A DNA stretch of 64,000 nucleotides from Mobula hypostoma (taxonomy: Eukaryota), in contig NC_086108.1 of the NCBI RefSeq assembly GCF_963921235.1, positions 5,022,001 through 5,086,000 on the forward strand, read 5' to 3'. Of the stretch, positions 32,901 through 47,900 are shown in pieces. The notes under the pieces are model-generated. The model was given only the letters and a program-made list of their open reading frames with translations, was not told the origin of the DNA and did no database searches. Within the stretch, counting starts at the first letter, position 1. Each line of letters begins with the position of its first letter. The translations under genes and the position numbers were made by a program.

Positions 32901-35900
32901 AGGGAATCCCTGTACGAGTGTCAGTGGTTACAGTCAGTGGGGGGAATCCCTGTACGAGTGTCAGTGGTTACAGTGAGGGAGGGAATCCCTGTACGAATGT
33001 CAGTGGTTACGGGGGTGGGGGGGAGAATCCCTGTACGAGTGTCAGTGGTTACAGTGAGGGACGGAATCCCTCTACGAGTGTCAGTGGTTACAGTGAGGGG
33101 GTGAATCCCTGTACGAGTGTCAGTGGTTACAGTGACGAGGGGAATCCCTGTACAAGTGTCAGTGGTTACAGTCAGTGGGGGGAATCCCTGTACGAGTGTC
33201 AGTGGTTACAGTGAGGGGGTGAATCCCTGTACGAGTGTCAGTGGTTACAGTGACGAGGGGAATCCCTGTACGAGTGTCAGTGTTACAGTCAGTGGGGGGA
33301 ATCCATGTACGAGTGCCAGTGGTTACAGTGACGGGGGGGGGGAATCCCTGTACGAGTGTCAGTGGTTACAGTCAGTGGGGGGAATCCCTGTACGAGTGTC
33401 AGTGGTTACAGTGACGGGGGGGGAATCCCTGTACGAGTGTCAGTTGTTACAGTGAGGGGGCGGTAATCCCTATACGAGTGTCAGTGGTTACAGTGAGGGG
33501 GGGAATCCCTGTACGAGTGTCAGTGGTTACAGTGAGGGGGAGAATCCCTGTACGAGTGTCAGTGGTTACAGTGAGTGGGAGAATCCCTGTACGAGTGTCA
33601 GTGGTTACAGTGAGGGAGGGAATCCCTGTACGAGTGTCAGTGGTTACAGTGGAGGGGGGGGAATCCCTGTACGAGTGTCAGTGGTTACAGTGAGGGAGTG
33701 AATCCCTCTACGAGTGTCAGTGGTTACAGTGAGGGCGGGAATCCCTGTACGAGTGTCAGTGGTTACAGTGTGGGGGGGAATCCCTGTACGACTGTCAGTG
33801 GTTACAGTGACGGGGGGAATCCCTGAATGAGTGTCAGTGGTTACAGTCAGTGGGGGGAATACCTGTACGAGTGTCAGTGGTTACAGTGACGGGGGGCGGA
33901 ATCCCTGTACGAGTGTCAGTGGTTACAGTGACGGGGGGAATCCCTGTACGACTGTCAGTGGTTACAGTGAGTGGGGGAATCCCTGTACGATTGTCAGTGG
34001 TTACAGTGACGGGGGGGAGGGGAATCCCTGTACGAATGTCAGTGGTTACAGAGGGGGGGGGATCCCTGTACGACTGTCAGTGGTTACAGTGAGGGAGGGA
34101 ATCCCTCTACGAGTGTCAGTGGTTACAGTGAGGGGGGGAATATCTGTACGAGTGTCAGTGGTTACAGTGAGGGGGGGAATCCCTGTACGATTGTCAGTGG
34201 TTACAGTGAGGGGGGGGAATCCCTGTACGGGTGTCAGTGGTTACAGTGAGGGAGGGAATCCCTGTACGAGTGTAAGTGGTTACAGTCAGTGGGGGGAATC
34301 CCTGTACGAGTGTCAGTGGTTACAGTGAGGGAGGGAATCCCTGTACGAATGTCAGTGGTTACAGAGGGGGGGGGGGATACGTGTACGACTGTCAGTGGTT
34401 ACAGTGAGGGAGGGAATCCCTCTACGAGTGTCAGTAGTTACAGTCAGTGGGGGCAATCCCTGTACGAGTGTCAGTGGTTACAGTCAGTGGGGGGAATCCC
34501 TGTACGAGTGTCAGTGGTTACAGTGATGGGGGGGGAATCCCTGTAGGAGTGTCAGTGGTTACAGTAAGGGGGGGTAATCCGTGTACGAGTGTCAGTGGTT
34601 ACAGTGAGGGGGGGAATCCCTGTACGAGTATCAGTGGTTACAGTGAGGATGAGAATCCCTGTACGACTGTCAGTGGTTACAGTGAGGGAGGGAATCCCTG
34701 TACGAGTGTCAGTGGTTATAGTGAGGGGGGGAATCCCTGTACGAGTGTCAGTGGTTACAGTGAGAGGGGATTCCTGTACGATTGTCAGTGGTTACAGTGA
34801 CGGGGGGGGGAGGGAATCCCTGTACGAGTGTCAGTGGTTACAGTGAGGGAGGTAATCCCTGTACGAGTGTCAGTGGTTACAGTCAGTGGGGGGAATCCAT
34901 GTACGAGTCTCAGTGGTTACAGTGAGGGAGGGAATCCCTGTACGAATGTCAGTGGTTACAGGGGGGGTGGGATCCCTGTACGAGTGTCAGTGGTTACAGT
35001 GAGGGAGGGAATCCCTCTACGAGTGTCAGTGGTTACAGTGAGGGGGGATTCCTGTACGAGTGTCAGTGGTTACAGTGACGGAGGGCGGGAATCCCTGTAC
35101 GAGTGCCAGTGGTTACAGTGAGGGAGGGAATCCCTCTACGAGTGTCAGTGGTTACAGTCAGTGGGGGGAATCCCTGTACGAGTGTCAGTGGTTACAGTGA
35201 GGGGGGGAATCCCTGTACGAGTGTCAGTGGTTACAGTGACGGGGGGAATCCCTGTACGAGTGTCAGTGGTTACAGTCAGTGGGGGTAATCCCTGTATGAG
35301 TGTCAGTGGTTACAGTGAGGGAGGGAATCCCTGTACGAATGTCAGTGGTTACAGTGGGGGGGGGGATCCCTGTACGAGTGTCAGTGGTTACAGTTAGGGA
35401 GGGAATCCCTCTACGAGTGTCAGTGGTTACAGTGAGGGGGGGAATCCCTGTACGAGTGTCAGTGGTTTCAGTGATGGGGGGAATCCCTGAACGAGTGTCA
35501 GTGGTTACAGTGACGGGGGGAATCCCTGTACGAGTGTCAGTGGTTACAGTCCGTGTGGGGAATCCCTGTACGAGTATCAGTGGTTACAGTGATGGGGGGG
35601 GAATCCCTCTACGAGTGTCAGTGGTTACAGTGACGGGGGTGGGAATCCCTGTACGAGTGTCAGTGGTTACAGTGAGGGGGGGAATCCCTGTACGAGTGTC
35701 AGTGGTTACACTGAGGGGGAGAATCCCTGTACGAGTGTCAGGGGTTACAGTGTGGGGGAGAATCCCTGTACGAGTGGCAGTGGTTACAGTGGGGGGGGGG
35801 GAATCCCTGTACGAGTGTCGGTGGTTACAGTGAGCGAGGGAATCCCACTACGAGTGTCAGTGGTTACAGTGAGGAAGGGAATCCCTGTACGAGTGTCAGT

Positions 35901-38900
35901 GGTTACAGTGAGGGGGGCAATCCCTGTACGAGTGTCAGTGGTTACAGTGAGGGGGGATTCCTGTACGATTATCAGTGGTTTCAGTGACAAGGGGGGGGGA
36001 ATCCCTGTACGAATGTCAGTGGTTACAGAGGAGGGGGGATCCCTGTACGACTGTCAGTGGTTACAGTGAGGGAGGGAATCCCTCTACGAGTGTCAGTGGT
36101 TACAGTGAGGGGGGGAATCGCTGTACGAGTGTCAGTGGTTACAGTCAGTGGGGGGAATCCCTGTACGAGTGTCAGTGGTTACAGTGAGGGAGGGAATCCC
36201 TCTACGAGTGTCAGTGGTTACAGTGAGGGGGGAATCCCTGTACGAGTGTCAGTGGTTACACTGTGGGAGGGAATCCCTCTACGAGTGTCTGTGGTTACAG
36301 TGAGGGGGGGAATCCCTGTACGATTCTCAGTGGTTACAGTGACGGGGGGGAATCCCTGTACGTGTGTCAGTGGTTACAGTGAGGGAGGGAATCCCTGTAC
36401 GAGTGTCAGTGGTTACAGTCAGTGGGGGTAATCCCTGTACGAGTGTCAGTGGTTATAGTGAGGGAGGGAATCCCTGTACGAATGTCAGTGGTTACGGGGG
36501 TGGGGGATCCCTGTACGAGTGTCAGTGGTTACAGTGCTGGGGGGAATCCCTGTACGAGTGTCAGTGGTTACAGTCAGTGGGGGGAATCCCTGTACGAGTG
36601 TCAGTGGTTACAGTGAGGGGGGGAATCCCTGTACGAGTGTCAGTGGTTACAGTGACAGGGGGAATCCCTGTACGAGTGTCAGTGGTTACAGTCAGTGGGG
36701 GGAATCCCTGTACGAGTGTCAGTGGTTACAGTGAGGGGGGATTCCTGTACGATTGTCAGTGGTTACAGTGAGGGGGGGGGAATCCCTGTACGAGTGCCAG
36801 TGGTTACAGTGAGGGAGGGAATCCCTGTACGAGTGTCAGTGGTTACAGTCAGTGGGGGTAATCCCTGTACGAGTGTCAGTGGTTACAGTGAGGGAGGGAA
36901 TCCCTGTACGAATGTCAGTGGTTAAAGTGGGGGGGGGGATCCCTGTACGAGTGTCAGTGGTTACAGTTAGGGAGGGAATCCCTGTACGAGTGTCAGTGGT
37001 TACAGTGAGGGGGGGAATCCCTGTACGAGTGTCAGTGGTTACAGTGAGGGGGGGAATCCCTGTACGAGTGTCAGTGGTTACAGTGACGGGGGGAATCCCT
37101 GTACGAGTGTCAGTGGTTACAGTCCGTGGGGGGAATCCCTGTACGAGTATCAGTGGTTACAGTGATGGGGGGGGGGAATCCCTGTACGAGTGTCAGTGGT
37201 TACAGTGACGGGGGTGGGAATCCCTGTACGAGTGTCAGTGGTTACAGTGAGGGGGGGAATCCCTGTACGAGTGTCAGTGGTTACACTGAGGGGGAGAATC
37301 CCTGTACGAGTGTCAGGGGTTACAGTGTGGGGGAGAATCCATGTACGAGTGTCAGTGGTTACAGTGGGGGGGTGGGGAATCCCTGTACGAGTGTCAGTGG
37401 TTACAGTGAGGGAGGGAATCCCACTACGAGTGTCAGTGGTTACAGTGAGGAGGGGAATCCCTGTACGAGTGTCAGTGGTTACAGTGAGGGGGGGAATCCC
37501 TGTACGAGTGTCAGTGGTTACAGTGAGGGGGGATTCCTGTACGATTGTCAGTGGTTTCAGTGACAAGGGGGGGGAATCCCTGTACGAGTGTCAGTGGTTA
37601 CAGTGAGGGAGGGAATCCCTGTACGAGTGTCAGTGGTTACAGTCAGTGGGGGGAATCCCTGTACGAGTGTCAGTGGTTACAGTGAGGGAGGGAATCCCTG
37701 TACGAATGTCAGTGGTTACACTGAGGGGGTGAATCCCTGTACGAGTGTCAGTGGTTACAGTGACGAGGGGAATCCCTGTACAAGTGTCAGTGGTTACAGT
37801 CAGTGGGGGGAATCCCTGTACGAGTGTCAGTGGTTACAGTGAGGGGGTGAATCCCTGTACGAGTGTCAGTGGTTACAGTGACGAGGGGAATCCCTGTACG
37901 AGTGTCAGTGTTAACTTCAGTGGGGGGAATCCCTGTACGAGTGCCAGTGGTTACAGTGACGGGGGGGGGGAATCCCTGTACGAGTGTCAGTGGTTACAGT
38001 CAGTGGGGGGAATCCCTGTACGAGTGTCAGTGGTTACAGTGACGGGGGGGAATCCCTGTACGAGTGTCAGTGGTTACAGTGACGGGGGGAATCCCTGTAC
38101 GAGTGTCAGTGGTTACAGTCCGTGGGGGGAATCCCTGTACGAGTATCAGTGGTTACAGTGATGGGGGGGGGGGAATCCCTGTACGAGTGTCAGTGGTTAC
38201 AGTGACGGGGGTGGGAATCCCTGTACGAGTGTCAGTGGTTACAGTGAGGGGGGGAATCCCTGTACGAGTGTCAGTGGTTACACTGAGGGGGAGAATCCCT
38301 GTACGAGTGTCAGGGGTTACAGTGTGGGGGAGAATCCATGTACGAGTGTCAGTGGTTACAGTGGGGGGGTGGGGAATCCCTGTACGAGTGTCAGTGGTTA
38401 CAGTGAGGGAGGGAATCCCACTACGAGTGTCAGTGGTTACAGTGAGGAGGGGAATCCCTGTACGAGTGTCAGTGGTTACAGTGAGGGGTGGAATCCCTGT
38501 ACGAGTGTCAGTGGTTACAGTGAGGGGGGATTCCTGTACGATTATCAGTGGTTTCAGTGACAAGGGGGGGGAATCCCTGTACGAGTGTCAGTGGTTACAG
38601 TGAGGGAGGGAATCCCTGTACGAGTGTCAGTGGTTACAGTCAGTGGGGGGAATCCCTGTACGAGTGTCAGTGGTTACAGTGAGGGAGGGAATCCCTGTAC
38701 GAATGTCAGTGGTTACAGTGAGGGGGTGAATCCCTGTACGAGTGTCAGTGGTTACAGTGACGAGGGGAATCCCTGTACAAGTGTCAGTGGTTACAGTCAG
38801 TGGGGGGAATCCCTGTACGAGTGTCAGTGGTTACAGTGAGGGGGTGAATCCCTGTACGAGTGTCAGTGGTTACAGTGACGAGGGGAATCCCTGTACGAGT

Positions 38901-41900
38901 GTCAGTGTTAACTTCAGTGGGGGGAATCCCTGTACGAGTGCCAGTGGTTACAGTGACGGGGGGGGGGACACCCTGTATGAGTGTCAGTGGTTACAGTCAG
39001 TGGGGGGAATCCCTGTACGAGTGTCAGTGGTTACAGTGACGGGGGGGAATCCCTGTACGAGTGTCAGTGGTTACAGTGACGGGGGGAATCCCTGTACGAG
39101 TGTCAGTGGTTACAGTCCGTGGGGGGAATCCCTGTACGAGTATCAGTGGTTACAGTGATGGGGGGGGGGGAATCCCTGTACGAGTGTCAGTGGTTACAGT
39201 GACGGGGGTGGGAATCCCTGTACGAGTGTCAGTGGTTACAGTGAGGGGGGGAATCCCTGTACGAGTGTCAGTGGTTACACTGAGGGGGAGAATCCCTGTA
39301 CGAGTGTCAGGGGTTACAGTGTGGGGGAGAATCCATGTACGAGTGTCAGTGGTTACAGTGGGGGGGTGGGGAATCCCTGTACGAGTGTCAGTGGTTACAG
39401 TGAGGGAGGGAATCCCACTACGAGTGTCAGTGGTTACAGTGAGGAGGGGAATCCCTGTACGAGTGTCAGTGGTTACAGTGAGGGGGGGAATCCCTGTACG
39501 AGTGTCAGTGGTTACAGTGAGGGGGGATTCCTGTACGATTATCAGTGGTTTCAGTGACAAGGGGGGGGAATCCCTGTACGAGTGTCAGTGGTTACAGTGA
39601 GGGAGGGAATCCCTGTACGAGTGTCAGTGGTTACAGTTAGTGGGGGGAATCCCTGTACGAGTGTCAGTGGTTACAGTGAGGGAGGGAATCCCTGTACGAA
39701 TGTCAGTGGTTACAGTGAGGGGGTGAATCCCTGTACGAGTGTCAGTGGTTACAGTGACGAGGGGAATCCCTGTACAAGTGTCAGTGGTTACAGTCAGTGG
39801 GGGGAATCCCTGTACGAGTGTCAGTGGTTACAGTGAGGGGGTGAATCCCTGTACGAGTGTCAGTGGTTACAGTGACGAGGGGAATCCCTGTATGAGTGTC
39901 AGTGGTTACAGTCAGTGGGGGAAATCCCTGTACGAGTGTCAGTGGTTACAGTGACGGGGGGGGGAATCCCTGTACGAGTGTCAGTGGTTACAGTCAGTGG
40001 GGGGAATCCCTGTACGAGTGTCAGTGGTTACAGTGACGGGGGGGAATCCCTGTACGAGTGTCAGTGGTTACAGTGACGGGGGGAATCCCTGTACGAGTGT
40101 CAGTGGTTACAGTCCGTGGGGGGAATCCCTGTACGAGTATCAGTGGTTACAGTGATGGGGGGGGGGAATCCCTGTACGAGTGTCAGTGGTTACAGTGACG
40201 GGGGTGGGAATCCCTGTACGAGTGTCAGTGGTTACAGTGAGGGGGGGAATCCCTGTACGAGTGTCAGTGGTTACACTGAGGGGGAGAATCCCTGTACGAG
40301 TGTCAGGGGTTACAGTGTGGGGGAGAATCCATGTACGAGTGTCAGTGGTTACAGTGGGGGGGTGGGGAATCCCTGTACGAGTGTCAGTGGTTACAGTGAG
40401 GGAGGGAATCCCACTACGAGTGTCAGTGGTTACAGTGAGGAGGGGAATCCCTGTACGAGTGTCAGTGGTTACAGTGAGGGGGGGAATCCCTGTACGAGTG
40501 TCAGTGGTTACAGTGAGGGGGGATTCCTGTACGATTATCAGTGGTTTCAGTGACAAGGGGGGGGAATCCCTGTACGAGTGTCAGTCGTTACAGTGAGGGA
40601 GGGAATCCCTGTACGAGTGTCAGTGGTTACAGTCAGTGGGGGGAATCCCTGTACGAGTGTCAGTGGTTACAGTGAGCGAGGGAATCCCTGTACGAATGTC
40701 AGTGGTTACAGTGAGGGGGTGAATCCCTGTACGAGTGTCAGTGGTTACAGTGACGAGGGGAATCCCTGTACAAGTGTCAGTGGTTACAGTCAGTGGGGGG
40801 AATCCCTGTACGAGTGTCAGTGGTTACAGTGAGGGGGTGAATCCCTGTACGAGTGTCAGTGGTTACAGTGACGAGGGGAATCCCTGTACGAGTGTCAGTG
40901 TTACAGTCAGTGGGGGGAATCCCTGTACGAGTGCCAGTGGTTACAGTGACGGGGGGGGGGAATCCCTGTACGAGTGTCAGTGGTTACAGTCAGTGGGGGG
41001 AATCCCTGTACGAGTGTCAGTGGTTACAGTGACGGGGGGGGAATCCCTGTACGAGTGTCAGTGGTTAGAGTGAGGGGGCGGTAATCCCTATACGAGTGTC
41101 AGTGGTTACAGTGAGGGGGGGAATCCCTGTACGAGTGTCAGTGGTTACAGTGAGGGGGAGAATCCCTGTACGAGTGTCAGTGGTTACAGTGAGTGGGAGA
41201 ATCCCTGTACGAGTGTCAGTGGTTACAGTGAGGGAGGGAATCCCTGTACGAGTGTCAGTGGTTACAGTGGAGGGGGGGGGGAATCCCTGTACGAGTGTCA
41301 GTGGTTACAGTGAGGGAGTGAATCCCTCTACGAGTGTCAGTGGTTACAGTGAGGGCGGGAATCCCTGTACGAGTGTCAGTGGTTACAGTGAGGGGGGGAA
41401 TCCCTGTACGACTGTCAGTGGTTACAGTGACGGGGGGAATCCCTGAATGAGTGTCAGTGGTTACAGTCAGTGGGGGGAATACCTGTACGAGTGTCAGTGG
41501 TTACAGTGACGGGGGGCGGAATCCCTGTACGAGTGTCAGTGGTTACAGTGACGGGGGGAATCCCTGTACGACTGTCAGTGGTTACAGTGAGTGGGGGAAT
41601 CCCTGTAAGATTGTCAGTGGTTACAGTGACTGGGGGGAGGGGAATCCCTGTACGAATGTCAGTGGTTACAGAGGGGGGGGGATCCCTGTACGACTGTCAG
41701 TGGTTACAGTGAGGGAGGGAATCCCTCTACGAGTGTCAGTGGTTACAGTGAGGGTGGGAATATCTGTACGAGTGTCAGTGGTTACAGTGAGGGGGGGAAT
41801 CCCTGTACGAGTGTCAGTGGTTACAGTGAGGGGGGGGAATCCCTGTACGGGTGTCAGTGGTTACAGTGAGGGAGGGAATCCCTGTACGAGTGTAAGTGGT

Positions 41901-44900
41901 TACAGTCAGTGGGGGGAATCCCTGTACGAGTGTCAGTGGTTACAGTGAGGGAGGGAATTCCTGTACGAATGTCAGTGGTTACAGAGGGGGGGGGGATACC
42001 TGTACGACTGTCAGTGGTTACAGTGAGGGAGGGAATCCCTCTACGAGTGTCAGTAGTTACAGTCAGTGGGGGCAATCCCTGTACGAGTGTCAGTGGTTAC
42101 AGTCAGTGGGGGGAATCCCTGTACGAGTGTCAGTGGTTACAGTGATGGGGGGGGAATCCCTGTACGAGTGTCAGTGGTTACAGTAAGGGGGGGTAATCCC
42201 TGTACGAGTGTCAGTGGTTACAGTGAGGGGGGGAATCCCTGTACGAGTATCAGTGGTTACAGTGAGGATGAGAATCCCTGTACGACTGTCAGTGGTTACA
42301 GTGAGGGAGGGAATCCCTGTACGAGTGTCAGTGGTTATAGTGAGGGGGGGAATCCCTGTACGAGTGTCAGTGGTTACAGTGAGAGGGGATTCCTGTACGA
42401 TTGTCAGTGGTTACAGTGACGGGGGGGGGGGGAGGGAATCCCTGTACGAGTGTCAGTGGTTACAGTGAGGGAGGTAATCCCTGTACGAGTGTCAGTGGTT
42501 ACAGTCAGTGGGGGGAATCCCTGTACGAGTCTCAGTGGTTACAGTGAGGGAGGGAATCCCTGTACGTATGTCAGTGGTTACAGGGGGGGGGGGATCCCTG
42601 TACGAGTGTCAGTGGTTACAGTGAGGGAGGGAATCCCTCTACGAGTGTCAGTGGTTACAGTGAGGGGGGATTCCTGTACGATTGTCAGTGGTTACAGTGA
42701 CGGGGGGGGGGAATCCCTGTACGAGTGCCAGTGGTTACAGTGAGGGAGGGAATCCCTCTACGAGTGTCAGTGGTTACAGTCAGTGGGGGGAATCCCTGTA
42801 CGAGTGTCAGTGGTTACAGTGAGGGGGGGAATCCCTGTACGAGTGTCAGTGGTTACAGTGACGGGGGGAATCCCTGTACGAGTGTCAGTGGTTACAGTCA
42901 GTGGGGGTAATCCCTGTATGAGTGTCAGTGGTTACAGTGAGGGAGGGAATCCCTGTACGAATGTCAGTGGTTACAGTGGGGGGGGGGATCCCTGTACGAG
43001 TGTCAGTGGTTACAGTTAGGGAGGGAATCCCTCTACGAGTGTCAGTGGTTACAGTGAGGGGGGGAATCCCTGTACGAGTGTCAGTGGTTACAGTGATGGG
43101 GGGAATCCCTGAACGAGTGTCAGTGGTTACAGTGACGGGGGGAATCCCTGTACGAGTGTCAGTGGTTACAGTCCGTGTGGGGAATCCCTGTACGAGTATC
43201 AGTGGTTACAGTGATGCGGGGGGAATCCCTCTACGAGTGTCAGTGGTTACAGTGACGGGGGTGGGAATCCCTGTACGAGTGTCAGTGGTTACAGTGAGGG
43301 GGGGAATCCCTGTACGAGTGTCAGTGGTTACACTGAGGGGGAGAATCCCTGTACGAGTGTCAGGGGTTACAGTGTGGGGGAGAATCCCTGTACGAGTGGC
43401 AGTGGTTACAGTGGGGGGGGGGGGGAATCCCTGTACGAGTGTCGGTGGTTACAGTGAGCGAGGGAATCCCACTACGAGTGTCAGTGGTTACAGTGAGGAA
43501 GGGAATCCCTGTACGAGTGTCAGTGGTTACAGTGAGGGGGGCAATCCCTGTACGAGTGTCAGTGGTTACAGTGAGGGGGGATTCCTGTACGATTATCAGT
43601 GATTTCAGTGACAAGGGGGGGGGAATCCCTGTACGAGTGTCAGTGGTTAGAGTGAGGGAGGGAATCCCTCTACGAGTGTCAGTGGTTACAGTGAGGGGGT
43701 GAATCCCTGTACGAGTGTCAGTGGTTACAGTGACGAGGGGAATCCCTGTACAAGTGTCAGTGGTTACAGTCAGTGGGGGGAATCCCTGTACGAGTGTCAG
43801 TGGTTACATTGAGGGGGTGAATCCCTGTACGAGTGTCAGTGGTTACAGTGACGAGGGGAATCCCTGTACGAGTGTCAGTGTTACAGTCAGTGGGGGGAAT
43901 CCATGTACGAGTGCCAGTGGTTACAGTGACGGGGGGGGGGAATCCCTGTACGAGTGTCAGTGGTTACAGTCAGTGGGCGGAATCCCTGTACGAGTGTCAG
44001 TGGTTACAGTGACGGGGGGGGAATCCCTGTACGAGTGTCAGTGGTTACAGTGAGGGTGCGGTAATCCCTATACGAGTGTCAGTGGTTACAGTGAGGGGGG
44101 GAATCCCTGTACGAGTGTCAGTGGTTACAGTGAGGGGGAGAATCCCTGTACGAGTGTCAGTGGTTACAGTGAGTGGGAGAATCCCTGTACGAGTGTCAGT
44201 GGTTACAGTGAGGGAGGGAATCCCTGTACGAGTGTCAGTGGGTACAGTGGAGGGGGGGGGGAATCCCTGTACGAGTGTCAGTGGTTACAGTGAGGGAGTG
44301 AATCCCTCTACGAGTGTCAGTGGTTACAGTGACGAGGGGAATCCCTGTACAAGTGTCAGTGGTTACAGTCAGTGGGGGGAATCCCTGTACGAGTGTCAGT
44401 GGTTACAGTGAGGGGGTGAATCCCTGTACGAGTGTCAGTGGTTACAGTGACGAGGGGAATCCCTGTACGAGTGTCAGTGTTACAGTCAGTGGGGGGAATC
44501 CATGTACGAGTGCCAGTGGTTACAGTGACGGGGGGGGGAATCCCTGTACGAGTGTCAGTGGTTACAGTCAGTGGGGGGAATCCCTGTACGAGTGTCAGTG
44601 GTTACAGTGACGGGGGGGGAATCCCTGTACGAGTGTCAGTGGTTACAGTGAGGGGGCGGTAATCCCTATACGAGTGTCAGTGGTTACAGTGAGGGGGGGA
44701 AATCCCTGTACGAGTGTCAGTGGTTACAGTGAGGTTGAGAATCCCTGTACGAGTGTCAGTGGTTACAGTGAGTGGGAGAAACCCTGTACGAGTGTCAGTG
44801 GTTACAGTGAGGGAGGGAATCCCTGTACGAGTGTCAGTGGGTACAGTGGAGGGGGGGGGAATCCCTGTACGAGTGTCAGTGGTTACAGTGAGGGAGTGAT

Positions 44901-47900
44901 TCCCTCTACGATGTCAGTGGTTACAGTGAGGGCGGGAATCCCTGTACGAGTGTCAGTGGTTACAGTAGGGGAGGGAATCCCTCTACGAGTGTCAGTGGTT
45001 ACAGTGAGAGGGGGAATCCCTGTACGAGTGTCAGTGGTTACAGTGAGGGGGGGAATCCCTGTACGAGTGTCAGTGGTTACAGTGACGGGGGGAATCCCAG
45101 TACGAGTGTCAGTGGTTACAGTCAGTGGGGGGAATCCCTGTACGAGTATCAGTGGTTACAGTGACGGGGGGGAAATCCCTGTATGAGTGTCAGTGGTTAC
45201 AGTGACGGGGGGGGAATCCCTGTACGAGTGTCAGTGGTTACAGTGAGGGGGGGAATCCCTGTACGAGTGTCAGTGGTTACAGTGAGGGGGAGAATCCCTG
45301 TACGAGTGTCAGTGGTTACAGTAAGGGGGAGAATCCCTGTACGAGTGTCAGTGGTTACAGTCAGTGGATGGAATCCCTGTACGAGTGTCAGTGGTTACAG
45401 TGAGGGAGGGAATCCCTCTATGAGTGTCAGTTTTTACAGTGAGGGCGGGATTCCCTGTACGAGTGTCAGTGGTTACAGTGAGGGAGGGAATCCCTCTACG
45501 AGTGTCAGTGGTTACAGTGAGGGGGGGAATCCCTGTACTAGTGTCAGTGGTTACAGTGAGGGAGGGAATCCCTGTACGATTGTCAGTGTTTACAGTGACG
45601 GGGGGGGGGAATCCCTGTACGAATGTCAGTGGTTACAGAGGGGGGGGGATCCCTGTACGAGTGTCAGTGGTTACAGTGAGGGAGGGAATCCCTCTACGAG
45701 TGTCAGTGGTTACAGTGAGGGGGGAATCCCTGTACGAGTGTCAGTGGTTACAGTGAGGGGGGGAATCCCTGTACGATTGTCAGTGGTTACAGTGACGGGG
45801 GGGGGAAATCCCTGTACGAGTATCAGTGGTTACAGTGAGGAAGGGAATCCCTGTACGAATGTCAGTGGTTACAGGGGGGGGGGATCCCTGTACCAGTGTC
45901 AGTGGTTACAGTGAGGGAGGGAATCCCTGTACGAGTGTCAGTGGTTACAGTGAGGGGGGGAATCCCTGTACGAGTGTCAGTGGTTACAGTGAGGGGGGGA
46001 ATCCCTGTACGAGTGTCAGTGGTTACAGTGAGGGGGGGAATCCCTGTACGAGTGTCAGTGGTTACAGTGACTGGGGGAATCCCTGTACGAGTGTCAGTGG
46101 TTACACTCAGTGGGGGGAATCCCTGTACGAGAGTCAGTGGTTACAGTGAGGGGGGATTCCTGTACGATTGTCAGTGGTCACAGTGACGGGGGGGGGGGGA
46201 ATCCCTGTACGAGTGTTAGTGGTTACAGTCAGTCGGGGGAATCCCTGTACGAGTGTCAGTGGTTACAGTCAGGGGGGATTCCTGTACGATTGTCAGTTTT
46301 TACAGTGACGGGGGGGGGGGGAATCACTGTACGAGTGTCAGTGGTTACAGTGACGAGGGGAATCCTTGTACAAGTGTCAGTGGTTACAGTCAGGGGGGAT
46401 TCCTGTACGATTGTCAGTGGTTACAGTGACGGGGGGGGGAATCACTGTACGAGTGTCAGTGGTTACAGTGACGAGGGGAATCCCTGTACAAGTGTCAGTG
46501 GTTACAGTCAGTGGGGGGAATCCCTGTACGAGTGTCAGTGGTTACAGTGAGGGGGTGAATCCCTGTACGAGTGTCAGTGGTTACAGTGACGAGGGGAATC
46601 CCTGTACGAGTGTCAGTGGTACAGTCAGTGGGGGGAATCCCTGTACGAGTGTCAGTGGTTACAGTGAGGGGGGACACCCTGTATGAGTGTCAGTGGTTAC
46701 AGTCAGTGGGGGAAATCCCTGTACGAGTGTCAGTGGTTACAGTGACGGGGGGGGAATCCCTGTACGAGTGTCAGTGGTTACAGTGAGGGGGCGGTAATCC
46801 CTATACGAGTGTCAGTGGTTACAGTGAGGGGGGGAATCCCTGTACGAGTGTCAGTGGTTACAGTGAGGGGGAGAATCCCTGTACGAGTGTCAGTGGTTAC
46901 AGTGAGTGGGAGAATCCCTGTACGAGTGTCAGTGGTTACAGTGAGGGACGGAATCCCTGTACGAGTGTCAGTGGTTACAGTGGAGGGGGGGGGAATCCCT
47001 GTACGAGTGTCAGTGGTTACAGTGAGGGAGTGAATCCCTCTACGATGTCAGTGGTTACAGTGAGGGCGGGAATCCCTGTACGAGTGTCAGTGGTTACAGT
47101 GAGGGGGGGAATCCCTGTACGACTGTCAGTGGTTACAGTGACGGGGGGAATCCCTGTACGAGTGTCAGTGGTTACAGTCAGTGGGGGGAATCCCTGTACG
47201 AGTGTCAGTGGTTACAGTGACGGGGGGCGGAATCCCTGTACGAGTGTCAGTGGTTACAGTGACGGGGGGAATCCCTGTACGACTGTCAGTGGTTACAGTG
47301 AGGGGGAGAATCCCTGTACGAGTGTCAGTGGTTACAGTGAGGGGGGAATCCCTGTACGAGTGTCAGTGGTTACAGTCAGTGGGGGGAATCCCTGTACGAG
47401 TGTCAGTGGTTACAGTGAGGGAGGAAATCCCTCTACGAGTGTCAGTGGTTACAGTGAGGGGGGAATCCCTGTACGAGTATCAGTGGTTACAGTGATGGGG
47501 GGGGAATCCCTGTACGAGTGTCAGTGGTTACAGTGACGGGGGTGGGAATCCCTGTACGAGTGTCAGTGGTTACAGTGAGGGGGGGAATCCCTGTACGAGT
47601 GTCAGTGGTTACACTGAGGGGGAGAATCCCTGTACGAGTGTCAGCGGTTACAGTGTGGGGGAGAATTCCTGTACGAGTGTCAGTGGTTACAGTGGGGGGG
47701 GGGAATCCCTGTACGAGTGTCAGTGGTTACAGTGAGCGAGGGAATCCCACTACGAGTGTCAGTGGTTACAGTGAGGAGGGGAATCCCTGTACGAGTGTCA
47801 GTGGTTACAATGAGGGGGGCAATCCCTGTACGAGTGTCAGTGGTTACAGTGAAGGGGTATTCCTGTACGATTATCAGTGGTTTCAGTGACAAGGGGGGGG

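Noticed and set aside
35390..43025. Occasional TTAGGG within the satellite, suggesting a telomeric origin
   Set aside because: Only isolated single-base variants of GTGAGGG, with no tandem TTAGGG.
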